DNA of 64,000 bases from a bacterium (GCA_965218795.1 OZ244653.1:3840001-3904000); one strand, 5' to 3'. Shown: positions 11,541 through 21,722, numbered from the stretch's first letter. Notes: a model not told the origin generated them from the sequence alone. Translations and numbers: made by a program.

Positions 11541-12626
11541 TTATTCCAGTCCCGGAGCCCTTGAGTCCTCCGTTCCTAATGACAGATTCCCTTGCGGAGC
11601 GGATCGTGGAAGCGAGGCATCGTCGGTCGGCGGTGATTCTCCCAGATGTCCGATTCCGGCGGCCGTGACCCTTCGGCCCTGGGGAGTTCGGACGAGGAAC
11701 TCGGACTTGAGCAGGTAAGGCTCGACCAGGTCCGTCAAAGTGTCCGTTTCTTCGTTCAGTGTAGCGGCCAGCGCATCGACCCCGACCGGACCGCCGCGGT
11801 ACACGGAAAGGATCGTCCGGAGAAACCTGCGGTCCAATTCATCCAGTCCGGCCTCGTCGATTCCTTCCAGGCTGAGAGCCTCCCGGACGGACTTCTCCGA
11901 CAGCCTCCCATCGCTCTTCACTTCGGCGTAGTCTCGAACGCGCCGCAGCAGGCGGTTGGCGACACGGGGCGTGCCTCTCGAGCGAGTGGCGAGGAGATCC
12001 GCCGCCGATACATCAAAGGGAAATTCCAGGAGAGATGCCGAGCGGCAAACGATCCGGGCCAAATCTTCGGCCGGGTAAAAATCCAGGTGATTCATAATTC
12101 CAAATCTTTCCCGCAGCGGGGCGGACAGCAGCCCCGCACGGGTGGTGGCCCCGATGAGGGTGAACGGTTTGACGGGGATGTTGATCTTCTTGGCGAAGGG
12201 GCCCTTGTCAATGATGAAGTCGACCCGGTAATCCTCCATGGCCGGGAAAAGGAACTCTTCGACTGTGACGGGCAGGCGATGGATTTCATCCAGGAATAGG
12301 ACGCTGCCGGATTCCAGGTTCGTGAGAATCCCCATCAGGTCCGCGGGACGTGTGATGGCCGGCCCCGAGGCAGTGACCAGCGGGGCGCCCAATTCATGGG
12401 CGATGATATGAGAAAGGGTCGTTTTACCCAGGCCGGGAGGACCGTAAAAGATGATGTGATCGATCGGCTCGCCGCGCTGAAGGGCTGCATCGATTGCGAT
12501 GCGAAGCCGCTCCACCAAGATGGGGTGACCGACGAACTCTTCCAGCTTCCGAGGTCGAAGGGTCGCGAGGACGACTTCCTCTTCGGCGGAGAGGGCCTCT
12601 CCCATCACCATTCGCTCACGGGTCAT
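11541..12626 (-). CDS. ruvB: Holliday junction helicase RuvB
   Basis: LRP..LEEFVG, GPPGLGKTTL, FLDEIHRL, SRGTPRVANRLL. Confidence 0.97.
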   Translation of the reverse strand: MTRERMVMGEALSAEEEVVLATLRPRKLEEFVGHPILVERLRIAIDAALQRGEPIDHIIFYGPPGLGKTTLSHIIAHELGAPLVTASGPAITRPADLMGILTNLESGSVLFLDEIHRLPVTVEEFLFPAMEDYRVDFIIDKGPFAKKINIPVKPFTLIGATTRAGLLSAPLRERFGIMNHLDFYPAEDLARIVCRSASLLEFPFDVSAADLLATRSRGTPRVANRLLRRVRDYAEVKSDGRLSEKSVREALSLEGIDEAGLDELDRRFLRTILSVYRGGPVGVDALAATLNEETDTLTDLVEPYLLKSEFLVRTPQGRRVTAAGIGHLGESPPTDDASLPRSAPQGNLSLGTEDSRAPGLE

Positions 12627-12637
12627 TCAATGCGCCT

Positions 12638-13279
12638 TCAGTCCTGTTTTTGGAAAACTTCTTTGATGAGGGCATCCACCGTTTCCAGACCGGGATTGCG
12701 GTCCAGGGCCTTCCGGACAAGCTCTTCCGCTTCGTTTTTCTTATAGCCCAATTGGGTAAACACCTCAATCGCCTGCGGGCGAAGCCCGTCATCCTCCGGC
12801 TCTGACGGCGGTGGGCCCTCATCCTGCGGGAAACGGAGGAGGGCGAATTCGGTCACCTTGCCGCGGAGTTCCGCCACGATCTTTTCCGCCGTCCGCTTGC
12901 CGATCTCGGGAAGCTTCACAAGGGCTTCGATGTTTCCCCGTTCAATGGCTTCCGCCAGTTGCCGGATCGGGAGGGTCAGGGACCGAAGCGCCTTCCGGAT
13001 TCCCAGGCCCTGAACGGCGGTGTAACGCTCGAAAAATTCCAGGTCTTTGCGGTGGAGGAATCCGACCAGCCGGGGGTGGGCGTTGCCCATGCCGCCGATT
13101 CCTTCAATGTAATACAAGGTATGAAGGCTGAGCTCCTGCTCGGGCTCGCTGCGCCATCGGTGCTTGAGCGACTCCACGGCGGATGCGGGTACGAAAATTT
13201 GGTACGTCAGGTTCCCGACCCGCAGGAAAACAGCATCTTCTTCAATCCGTTCCGGGATTCCGGTGAGTCTGGCGATCAT
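12638..13279 (-). CDS. ruvA: Holliday junction binding protein RuvA
   Basis: MIARLTG, HhH motif LPEIGKRTAEKIVAELRGK, C-terminal LGY domain; ATGA overlap with ruvC. Confidence 0.93.
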   Translation of the reverse strand: MIARLTGIPERIEEDAVFLRVGNLTYQIFVPASAVESLKHRWRSEPEQELSLHTLYYIEGIGGMGNAHPRLVGFLHRKDLEFFERYTAVQGLGIRKALRSLTLPIRQLAEAIERGNIEALVKLPEIGKRTAEKIVAELRGKVTEFALLRFPQDEGPPPSEPEDDGLRPQAIEVFTQLGYKKNEAEELVRKALDRNPGLETVDALIKEVFQKQD

Positions 13280-13816
13280 GGACGAGACAGACGGGCCCCT
13301 TCGGCCCGGGATTCCAGATGGCACAGTGCGGCGGCGAGCGCGTCGGCGGCGTCCGGAGGCTCAGGGATGGCGGGAAGATCCAGGAAAAACGCGATGGCCC
13401 GCTGCACCTGGTCCTTGGGCGCGAGGCCGTTTCCCGTGAGAGCCCGCTTGATGCGGGTGGCGCCGTAATCGCATACCGGTATTCCACGGGAGGCGGCGGC
13501 GCAGCAAATCACGCCCCGCGCGTGGCCCATCAGGATGGCCGTTCGCGGGTGGGCATAATGGGAATAAAGGGCCTCGATGGCGACGGCGGACGGGACGAAC
13601 TCCTTCAGAATCTCCTGCACTCCATCTTGAATTTCGAGAAGACGGGCCTCGATCGGCTCCCGGTCCGAAGTGCGAATCACACCGGCTTCCACATAGACGG
13701 CCGAATCAGGATCGCCCGGAGCCGGTGCGGCCCGCACCAGTCCGTACCCCGTGATGGAAAGCCCGGGGTCGATACCGAGAATGAGAGAGGAAGGTGGGTG
13801 GGGAATGGCGGCTCAC
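13276..13816 (-). CDS. ruvC: Holliday junction resolvase RuvC (start anomalous: frameshift near the 5' end or non-canonical start)
   Basis: ILGIDPGLSITGYG (read upstream of the listed ORF), AIEALY, GHARGV, KRALTGNG.A.K.QV, DAADALAAA; in-frame TGA just upstream; the RBS-linked GTG at 13816 is out of frame. Confidence 0.9.
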
Positions 13817-13959
13817 CCTTTCCGCGGTTCGGCGCTGGTTAAAAGGGATTGACGGGCATTACAGCGAACTGGCACCTCGCCATGGATGCGCAGGCAGGGG
13901 GCAATCACATCGACTCCAGAGATAATCTAGCACGCGCCTCGATCCCCGGCAAGCGCGGC

Positions 13960-13987
13960 TTGATTTGTCCGCCCCAGGAACTATGAT
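13960..13987 (+). promoter_or_regulatory. Candidate sigma70 promoter ~300 nt upstream of nadX
   Basis: TTGATT-16 nt-TATGAT. Confidence 0.45.
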
Positions 13988-14287
13988 GCACAAAGGATCG
14001 ACAGGATCTCCCTACTGATGAATCGAGCTCTATTGAACAAGGATCCGGCCATGCGCGCGGATTGGGTGAAGATCGGATGGGAAAGGGTATCCAGGTTCAA
14101 GCGAATCCAAAGACGGGGCTTTTGATCCTCAGTGGAGAACCGACCGGACCGCACTGGTCCCGGGCTGGGTTCCCCAGATGCTTCTTATTCAACGCGGCGT
14201 GCGGACGACCTTTGTGACCGTCGGGTCCGGCTCATTCCACCGAGCCCAAAGGGAATGAATGGATGACTCGGTCTCCCCCTGCGGAGG

Positions 14288-15115
14288 GTGAACATGGTTG
14301 AACAGAACCATCTTCTGAGAATTGGAATCGCCGGCTGCGGGGCCATCGGACGGGTGGTTGCCACAGGAGTGGAGCAGGAAGACTTTCCCGCCCGGCTGGC
14401 GGGACTGACGTCGAGAACGCAAGCCAGTGCCGAGCGACTGGCGTCGGAATTGAAGACACATCCGCCGGTGATGGGGTTGCCGGAGCTGCTGGCGGAGGCG
14501 GATTTGATGGTAGAGGCTGTATCCCCTGAATCCGCACAAGACCTCATCGATCAGACCCTGCGAGCAGACCGGGACATCATGGTGCTGACGGTCGGGGCAT
14601 TGATTCTTCACCCTGAGCTTATTGATCTGGCCAGGGAACGGGGCCGGAGGATTCACGTTCCCTCCGGCGCGATCGTTGGCCTGGACAGCGTCAAGTCGGC
14701 GGCTGTCGGGCGGATCGATCGGGTGGTCATCACCTGCACGAAATCCAAGAAGTCCTTCCGCGGGGACCCCGAAGTCGAGCGGCAGGGCATCGACCTGGAG
14801 GCGTTGGAAGGGCCCAGGGTGCTGTTCGAAGGGCCGGCGCGGGAGGCCATCAAGAAATTTCCGGCCAACGTCAACATCTCCTGCGCCCTGAGTCTGGCGG
14901 GTGTGGGGCCGGACCGCACCGTCACACGGGTCGTGGTCGATCCCGCGGCGGAACGGACGGTCAATGAGATAGAGGTGGAAGGAGAATTCGGCCGATTTGT
15001 CACGAAGACCGAGAACGTCCTCTCTCCCGACAACCCGAAGACCAGCCACTTGGTCAGCCTGTCCACGCTGGCCACGATCCGGGGGATCGTCGATCCCGTC
15101 CGCGTTGGAACGTAG
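14288..15115 (+). CDS. nadX: L-aspartate dehydrogenase
   Basis: IGIAGCGAIG Rossmann motif, VPSGAIVGLD, FEGPAREA..FPANVNI, SPDNPKTS. Confidence 0.92.
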   Translation: MNMVEQNHLLRIGIAGCGAIGRVVATGVEQEDFPARLAGLTSRTQASAERLASELKTHPPVMGLPELLAEADLMVEAVSPESAQDLIDQTLRADRDIMVLTVGALILHPELIDLARERGRRIHVPSGAIVGLDSVKSAAVGRIDRVVITCTKSKKSFRGDPEVERQGIDLEALEGPRVLFEGPAREAIKKFPANVNISCALSLAGVGPDRTVTRVVVDPAAERTVNEIEVEGEFGRFVTKTENVLSPDNPKTSHLVSLSTLATIRGIVDPVRVGT

Positions 15116-15126
15116 GGGAAACCCGC

Positions 15127-15969
15127 TTGCGATCGGAGACCGTGGAAGAGTCAGGCGTCAGCGGCCTTCACCGCATCGGCCAGGAAGAGGCGCCGGCCCT
15201 GATCGCTTATCTCCGGGAGCATGGGCCGGAGACGATCAAGTTTGTCGCCCAGCTGGAGGAGGAAGGCGAGCGGATCGGGTTCTGGTGGACGGATCGCTGG
15301 CCCCGTCCGAAGGCGGTGCTGTGCCGCGGGAGAAGGTCCTATTCGCTGTGCGCGGAGGATGAGAAATCGGCGGCGTACGTGCTCGACAGCATTGACTGGA
15401 GCGGCGGCGTCTGGTTCTCAGCCCTGGAGTATCGGTTTCTGCCGCTGGTCCGGGAGCGGGGGAAGGATGTTCAGGATAACCCCTGCTTCCTCTATCGGCT
15501 GGAGCGAGCGCGTTTTCGCCCCTACGAGTTGCCCGACACGGGCGATCACCCGATTGAACCCCTTCGCCGGGAAGACGCAGACCTGCTTACGCTCCATTGG
15601 ACCTATGGGGATACCGAAGACTATCCCCTGAGCCGGATCCTTCAGGCGCCCACCGCCTGCATCCGGATAGGCGGAGAACCTGTTGCCTGGGCCTTGATTC
15701 ACCACGATGGGTCGATCGGGATGGTTTATACGCTGCAGGAGCACCGGCGGAAGGGGTATGCGAAGGCTGTCGTTTCGGTGTTGGCGGAGAAGCGATTGCT
15801 GGCCGGCCGCACGCCGTATTGCTTCATCGTTGAAGGCAACGAGACGTCGGAAAGGCTGTTCGAGGAACTCGGTTTTGCCCTCCAATCCAAGCTGGGGTGG
15901 GTCCACTGCGCGCCGGAGAAAGAGCGAAGGGAGCCGAATCGGCCGACCCGAGATGCGATCCATAGATGA
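15127..15969 (+). CDS. GNAT-family acetyltransferase (C-terminal FR47-like domain)
   Basis: IGMVYTLQEHRRKGYA acetyl-CoA motif, NETSERLFEELGF. Confidence 0.85.
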   Translation: MRSETVEESGVSGLHRIGQEEAPALIAYLREHGPETIKFVAQLEEEGERIGFWWTDRWPRPKAVLCRGRRSYSLCAEDEKSAAYVLDSIDWSGGVWFSALEYRFLPLVRERGKDVQDNPCFLYRLERARFRPYELPDTGDHPIEPLRREDADLLTLHWTYGDTEDYPLSRILQAPTACIRIGGEPVAWALIHHDGSIGMVYTLQEHRRKGYAKAVVSVLAEKRLLAGRTPYCFIVEGNETSERLFEELGFALQSKLGWVHCAPEKERREPNRPTRDAIHR

Positions 15970-16004
15970 GAGGGGGCGCCTGCCTGTCGGAAGGAAAGAG
16001 ACGC

Positions 16005-17119
16005 TAGTGGACTGTAACATTGAGATAGCCAGTAATGTTTGGTACAGTATCATGCATGCCAAACACCCCCATTCAGCTGACTTCCGATGAAAGAGAAGAA
16101 CTGCAACGGCGATCCCGTTCGCGCGTGCTGCGGTCCGAAGACGTCCGACGAGCCCAAGTCATTCTGATGCTCGATGCCGGGGAGTCCTATTTGAGGATCC
16201 AGCGCGCCGTGGGCTGCGATGCCCGGTATGTGAGCCGATGGAAGACCCGGTTCCAACAAGAGGGACTGGCCGGCTTGTATTCCAGACATTGCGGTCGAGC
16301 GGTTCACAAGCGCACCCCCCGGCTGGAGGCTCGGATTCTGGACTGGACCAGGCGCCGACCACCGGACGGAGCGACGCACTGGAGTAGTCGCAAGCTGGCG
16401 CGGCAGTTGGGCACCAACCACATGATGGTGGCCCGGGTTTGGAAACGTGCGGGTCTGCAACCCCACCGCATTCAACGTTACATGGCATCGAATGATCCGG
16501 ACTTTGAGAAGAAGGCGGCCGATATCATTGGCCTCTATGTCAACCCGCCGCAACACGCCGCCGTTTTCTGTGTGGATGAAAAAACCGCCATTCAGGCCTT
16601 GGACCGATTCGATCCCGTGTTGCCGCTTTCTCCGGGTCGCGCCGAGCGTCACGGTTTCGAGTATTACCGGCACGGAACGCTCTCGCTGTATGCGGCCCTG
16701 AATACAAAGACCGGCGAGGTCATCGGCAAGACCGCAGCGAGGCACACCAGCGAGGCCTTTGTGGCTTTCCTTTCTGGCATCGTGGCCAGACAACCCAAGC
16801 GGCGTGAAATTCACATCATCGCAGACAATCTGTCGGCTCATAAGAGCCGCCGCGTGCGACAGTTTCTTGACGCTCACCCGCGCGTGCATTTGCATTTCAC
16901 CCCAACTTATTCCTCTTGGTTGAATCAGGTCGAAATCTGGTTCGCAAAAATCCAACGCGACGTCATTGCCCGCGGCGTCTTCACTTCGGTTCCTGATTTG
17001 GCTCGAAAACTGATGCGCTATATTCGACAGTGCAACAAGAAACCCAAACCCATCAAGTGGAGCTATACTGATGGCTCACGGCGAATCACCACTAGCAAAG
17101 TCTCTGTTACAAGGTACTA
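16005..17119 (+). mobile_element. IS630-family insertion sequence, apparently intact
   Basis: Imperfect TIRs GTGGACTGTAACA / revcomp GTACCTTGTAACA, each flanked by TA within CTAG (16004-16007 and 17117-17120). Confidence 0.93.
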
Positions 17120-17120
17120 G
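16056..17120 (+). CDS. IS630 transposase
   Basis: HTH, THWSSRKLA, FCVDEK, IIADNLSAH, SWLNQVEIWF (DDE triad). Confidence 0.96.
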   Translation: MPNTPIQLTSDEREELQRRSRSRVLRSEDVRRAQVILMLDAGESYLRIQRAVGCDARYVSRWKTRFQQEGLAGLYSRHCGRAVHKRTPRLEARILDWTRRRPPDGATHWSSRKLARQLGTNHMMVARVWKRAGLQPHRIQRYMASNDPDFEKKAADIIGLYVNPPQHAAVFCVDEKTAIQALDRFDPVLPLSPGRAERHGFEYYRHGTLSLYAALNTKTGEVIGKTAARHTSEAFVAFLSGIVARQPKRREIHIIADNLSAHKSRRVRQFLDAHPRVHLHFTPTYSSWLNQVEIWFAKIQRDVIARGVFTSVPDLARKLMRYIRQCNKKPKPIKWSYTDGSRRITTSKVSVTRY

Positions 17121-18091
17121 TACCATTTTTCGAAATGGATGTTCCCCCGTTCTCCCTGTCCCTTGACCACCGGGTCCGTCTGAAATCCGAACCGGGTTTC
17201 CAATAGTTCGATGAGGCCCCCTTGGCCCGTCACCCGGTCTTTCGGATAAACCTTCCGGCGGGTCTCCCGCTCGATGCCCGGAACTCCAATGAGGGAATCG
17301 CTCCCGCAGAGGAAAAAGCTGAAGTTCTCCGGGCCGGGTTTCCAGCCGGTTCTCGCCTCGAACTCCCCGTCTTGAATAAATTCCTGTACGGTCATTTTCC
17401 CGGAGCCTGAGGCATTTTCCTCCGTCGCCAGCCAGACGCGCGTGTAGTTCCCGTATAGGGATTCCAGGCTTTCGTGGGCGGGGCGATAGGCGAGATCGGC
17501 TTCGCGGCGGACACTGACAATCGATGTGATCGGCCCCTCATACCCCGTCCGGAGGAGCTCCCAGATCATGGCGTTATGCGGCGCTTCGCCGGTTCCGTTG
17601 GAAGCGAAAACGAGGTGCCTGCCGGTGGAGAGATCTTCCAGTCCGAGGGTGTACGCCCCCTTGACCTTTCGGTCGCAGAAGATGCGCGAGCCTGCCCCGA
17701 TGGCCGGATGGTAAAGCCTCGGCGTGAACTCCGGGGGTTTGACGTCCTCCGGACTATGGGTGACGAGGTTCATCAAGAATTCGTGATGGTTCAGCTCATC
17801 CGGCTGAAGGAGCCGGTTGCAGTCTTCGGTCAGGATCGGATGCGAAAAGGATTGGGGACGCCGGGCGAGCCGATCCCGCTTCTGCTTTTGGCGTTCGGAT
17901 TCCTCCTGACTGCCCTCGACGCGCTCTTCCCAGAACCCAAACCCCAAGGTCGCGTATTGGCCCGGCTCGAAATCCAGGAGCCCCTCATCCGGACGAATCC
18001 GAAGCGCCATCAGGCCCGGGTGAATCCACCGGATGGAAACGATCGAGGCGTTGTATTTCTCCGCGGCGAGCGCCGCCGCATCAATCGGCAT
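17117..18091 (-). CDS. Ferredoxin-NADP+ reductase-like flavoprotein
   Basis: FEPGQYATLG, RRPQSF, ASNGTGEAP, FFLCGS, C-terminal IHFEKWY. Confidence 0.82.
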   Translation of the reverse strand: MPIDAAALAAEKYNASIVSIRWIHPGLMALRIRPDEGLLDFEPGQYATLGFGFWEERVEGSQEESERQKQKRDRLARRPQSFSHPILTEDCNRLLQPDELNHHEFLMNLVTHSPEDVKPPEFTPRLYHPAIGAGSRIFCDRKVKGAYTLGLEDLSTGRHLVFASNGTGEAPHNAMIWELLRTGYEGPITSIVSVRREADLAYRPAHESLESLYGNYTRVWLATEENASGSGKMTVQEFIQDGEFEARTGWKPGPENFSFFLCGSDSLIGVPGIERETRRKVYPKDRVTGQGGLIELLETRFGFQTDPVVKGQGERGNIHFEKWY

Positions 18092-18121
18092 GAATTTTTT
18101 CGCTCCGGCTGGACGCCGGAT

Positions 18122-19381
18122 TCAGCGTGGGGACACGGTTTCCCGGACCGGATGGATACGGACATCGAGTCTGCGGTAGGCCTTGCGAAGCGCGACTTCC
18201 GCCGCTGCCGGCGTATCCGCGCGGGAGAACAGAAATCCCAGGTATCGAGCGCCTTCCGGAAGGGGAACGACCTCCTGACCCTGCGGGATCAGGATCGCGA
18301 GGTCTTCAATGCCTTCTACGGCCTCTGCTTCTTCCTGCCCGCGGACTTCTTCCAAAATGCCTGCGCGCCGAATGGGGAGCATCATGGCGCCCGCGCCGGA
18401 AGATTCCCGCTCATGGATGGATTCCTCCATCCCAAGCGCGTTCGAAAGGATGAGCTCTTCTAAAGACCGTCCGGTTCCAAACCGCAGGGCCCGGGAGCAC
18501 AATCCGCCGATGGAGCGCGCGGCGACTTCAATCGGCCAGACGCCTTGATCATTGATTCGAAACTCAGCGTGAACGGGCCCGTGTCGAAGTCCGAGGGCGG
18601 CTGAAGTCCGGCTTGCGCAATCGAGGATGGAATCACGGGTTTTTTTCGGAAGGCGCGAAGGTGTCACGTAAATCGTCTCTTCAAAATATGGTCCGTCCAA
18701 TGGATCGGGTTTGTCGAAAAGCGCCAGGGCCCGCAGCCGTCCCTTTGTGAGCATCCCTTCCAGGGCCACTTCGCCGCCTGGGAGAAAATCTTCGACCAGA
18801 ATCCGGGTCGCCGCCTCGCCCCCCCGGGAGGCGACGTCTTTGTCCTCCAGAATCGCCTTGACCCGGAGAAAGGCTTCAACGAATTCTTCCGGGTCATCCG
18901 CCCGAATCACCCCCCGACTGGCGGAGAGAAAGACAGGCTTGAGGACGCAGGGATACGGAATCTCCGTTGCGACCTCCAGTGGATCATCCTTGACCGAGAA
19001 CAGTTCGAATCGGGGAGACGGGAGCCCGGCTTCCGCCAGAGACTGCCGGAACTGGTGCTTGTCCCGGACGGCAAGGACGGACTCCACGGCGTTGTGCGGA
19101 AGGCCGAGCGCCTTGGAAGCCGAAGCGCCGACGACTGCGGTATCGTCATCGACCGGTATCACCGCGTCCAGCGGAAACCGATCCGAAAACAGGGCGATAT
19201 CCCGTGCGGCCCGTTCGGGGTCTCTGAAGTCCAGGGTGAGGGTTTTCCCGGGAGCTTGCGCTTCAAGGACCTGCGGCAAATCCGACCCGACGACTACGTC
19301 GATTTCCATTCGCCGGGCGGCGTCCATGAAGTCGGCGGTCCGGTAAGACGTCGTGGGGAGCAGGAGGAGAACGCGAGGCAT
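18122..19381 (-). CDS. ATP-grasp domain protein
   Basis: VRDK..FR..L, PCVLKP..SASRGVIRAD, LVEDFLPGGE, HAEFR, IEVAARSIGG. Confidence 0.9.
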   Translation of the reverse strand: MPRVLLLLPTTSYRTADFMDAARRMEIDVVVGSDLPQVLEAQAPGKTLTLDFRDPERAARDIALFSDRFPLDAVIPVDDDTAVVGASASKALGLPHNAVESVLAVRDKHQFRQSLAEAGLPSPRFELFSVKDDPLEVATEIPYPCVLKPVFLSASRGVIRADDPEEFVEAFLRVKAILEDKDVASRGGEAATRILVEDFLPGGEVALEGMLTKGRLRALALFDKPDPLDGPYFEETIYVTPSRLPKKTRDSILDCASRTSAALGLRHGPVHAEFRINDQGVWPIEVAARSIGGLCSRALRFGTGRSLEELILSNALGMEESIHERESSGAGAMMLPIRRAGILEEVRGQEEAEAVEGIEDLAILIPQGQEVVPLPEGARYLGFLFSRADTPAAAEVALRKAYRRLDVRIHPVRETVSPR

Positions 19382-19558
19382 CAGGCAAACCTCTATCTTT
19401 GGCGAGGAGCGGATGGAAGCGGTCAAGGAATGGTCAAAAAACGGTGAGCGCCGGGTCGGGGGTCGCCCTTGGCATGGTCCAGCCGTTTGTCTTCCCGGGG
19501 TGGGCCCGTCATCGGAGGATGTTCCCGGCGGATGCCGCTTTCATCCTCCATGAGGGGC

Positions 19559-20086
19559 TTAAAGCGTGGGCGAGCCCTTGCCGGGTTGGTAATAGGGGTT
19601 GGTCCCGCCGCGGTGATCGGTGGTATCCACCAATTCCTTGATTTCGGGGATCACCTCGTTCATCCGGGCCTCGATCCCCTGCTTCAACGTCACATTGACC
19701 ATTCCGCAACCTTGGCACCCGCCCCCCATCTGGACGAAGGCGATCTGGTCCTGGATGTCTATCAGGGTGACGACTCCGCCGTGCGCCGCCACCGCCGGAT
19801 TGATCTCTTCGTCCAGAAACTGCTGAAACCGCAGCTTCAAAGGCTCGTCGACTTCCGGATTTCCGGTCCCATTCGACCCATCGGAGCCGGCCGCGAGGGA
19901 CTTGGCGGCCTGAATCTCTTCCTGAAGCGCCCCCATCCGCTCCTCGAGCCTGGCGGCGATCGAAGAGATACGGTCATTGAGGGGCTCGATGGAACCCGTC
20001 AGCCGCTTGTATTGCAGATGGGCCCGAACAAACAAGAAAACAATAATCAGACCAGCGGCGATCCAGGCAGCGATGACCATTTTCAA
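19559..20086 (-). CDS. NifU/NfuA C-terminal domain protein with N-terminal TM helix and coiled coil
   Basis: INPAVAAHGG, MGGGCQGC, LKQGIE, VDTTDH..GTNPYY; hydrophobic N-terminus. Confidence 0.85.
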   Translation of the reverse strand: MKMVIAAWIAAGLIIVFLFVRAHLQYKRLTGSIEPLNDRISSIAARLEERMGALQEEIQAAKSLAAGSDGSNGTGNPEVDEPLKLRFQQFLDEEINPAVAAHGGVVTLIDIQDQIAFVQMGGGCQGCGMVNVTLKQGIEARMNEVIPEIKELVDTTDHRGGTNPYYQPGKGSPTL

Positions 20087-20443
20087 CCTCTCCCGCTTCT
20101 TAGGGGGCGGCCGTCGGAACCCGGTCAGTCCACCCCCTGAAAGAATGGCAAATTTCGAGATTCACGGCCCCATCACTTGTCGGGGGGAATCAACGCTTCT
20201 TATTTTATCCCAATGGAGGTGGAAGATCAACACTTCGGTAGAGGTCGCATGGCGGGAATGAGAGATGGAAGGCGGTGCGTTTCCGGATTTGTCAGGTCCC
20301 TTGCCTGGAAGATATCGAAATATCCCTTGACGGGACCTGACCGACTGTCCGAGCATACGGCTCGACGGAAGGAAGATTCGAGGGTGCGGAAGGCCCGACG
20401 AATCGCGAACTCTGAATCGAACTTGAGACATGGCGGGAGACCC

Positions 20444-21722
20444 ATGACGGATCTCTTGATTCAGAACGGTACGGTAATCACCATGGAATCCGGCTGCGAA
20501 GTCTTGAGCGGCACGGCGACCTCAAGCGGATGGGCTTCGGCGAGGGAAAGACGCTGAACGCCCGGGGCCATGCGGTCCTTCCGGGACTTGTGAACGCGCA
20601 TGCCCACGCCGCCAGCGTGCTTCTCAAAGGGCTCCCGGAGGACACCTCCGCCCGCGCCCGGATGCAGCGGGTCTTGCGGCTCATCTTCAAGGAAGCCGAC
20701 GCGCCGGAGACACAGACCCTCGCGCGGGCGTCCTTCCTGGAGGCCATCAAAAGCGGCGTGACCTGCCTGGGGATCCTGGATCGCCACGCCTTGGATCTGG
20801 AAGAGCCCGTCCGGGAATCAGGAATCCGCGCTGTGCTCACGGAAGCCATCGCGGAAGCCGATATCGTTTCCGCGGCCGGCGGGACTGCGCCCAAGACCGA
20901 TGCGTCGGCGGGCGCAGCCGCCCTGGATGAATTCCTGTCCAGGGCCGAGGGGATCAACCCGGACGGGATGGGTCGAACGACCGTCCGTCTCGGGATGTAT
21001 TCACCCTCTGTCTGTTCGGATGAGACCCTCGAACGTATCGCCTCGGAGGCCCAAACCCGAAAGCGCGGCCTCCATTACCACCTTGGGGTTTTCCCCGGGG
21101 AAACCGAGGCGCTCAGGAACCGGGCGGGCGGAGACCTCTGGGGATTCCTGCGGCGGTTCGACCTGTTGCGGTCGAATACCCTTCTGGCGGGTGGGAACGC
21201 GCTCCACGAGGACGACCTCAACGGGTTCCGCGGCTCCGCCGCGCAGATGCCGCGCGGGGCGTCCGGATCCGCCTGGCCGGTTATCTTCGCAACAGGATCC
21301 CCGTGGTCTTGGGGACGGGCGGAATCGGTCATGATCTCTTCGCCGTGATGCGCGTCTTCGTTCTCTCGGCCCGTCTGGACGCGGAGAGCGCCGGTATCGT
21401 CGGCCCGGCCGACGCGCTCCGCATGGCGAGCCGGGACGGGGCGAGGGCTTTGGGGCTGCTGGGCAGCGTGGGTTCCATCGAGATAGGAAAGAAGGCGGAC
21501 CTGATCTGCGTGTTCCTGGACCCGGCCAGGGTCCCGCTGCGGGAAACCGGGAACGTCGAGGAGATCGTCGCAGAGGCCTGCGGCCCGGGCGACGTGACGG
21601 ATGTCATTGTGGACGGTGAGGTGTTGATGGAGGGCGGGAAGGTCAGGTCCTTCGATGAGAAGGCGGTCGTCAAGGAGGCCCAGAAGGTGGCGGCCGCCAT
21701 CTGGAAGCGGATGGAGGGATGA
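20444..21722 (+). pseudogene. Amidohydrolase (MTA/SAH deaminase-like) split over three frames
   Basis: MTDLLIQNGTVITM, then VLPGLVNAHAH, then GARALGL..GSIEIGKKADL..DVIVDGEVL in successive frames, with segments missing at the junctions. Confidence 0.8.

Noticed and set aside
8981-13816. ruvCAB-DUF2905-spoIID-queA cluster as a novel system
   Set aside because: This gene order is a known conserved arrangement
13994-14129. 6S RNA call
   Set aside because: Too short and no clear central bubble; kept only as an unidentified structured region
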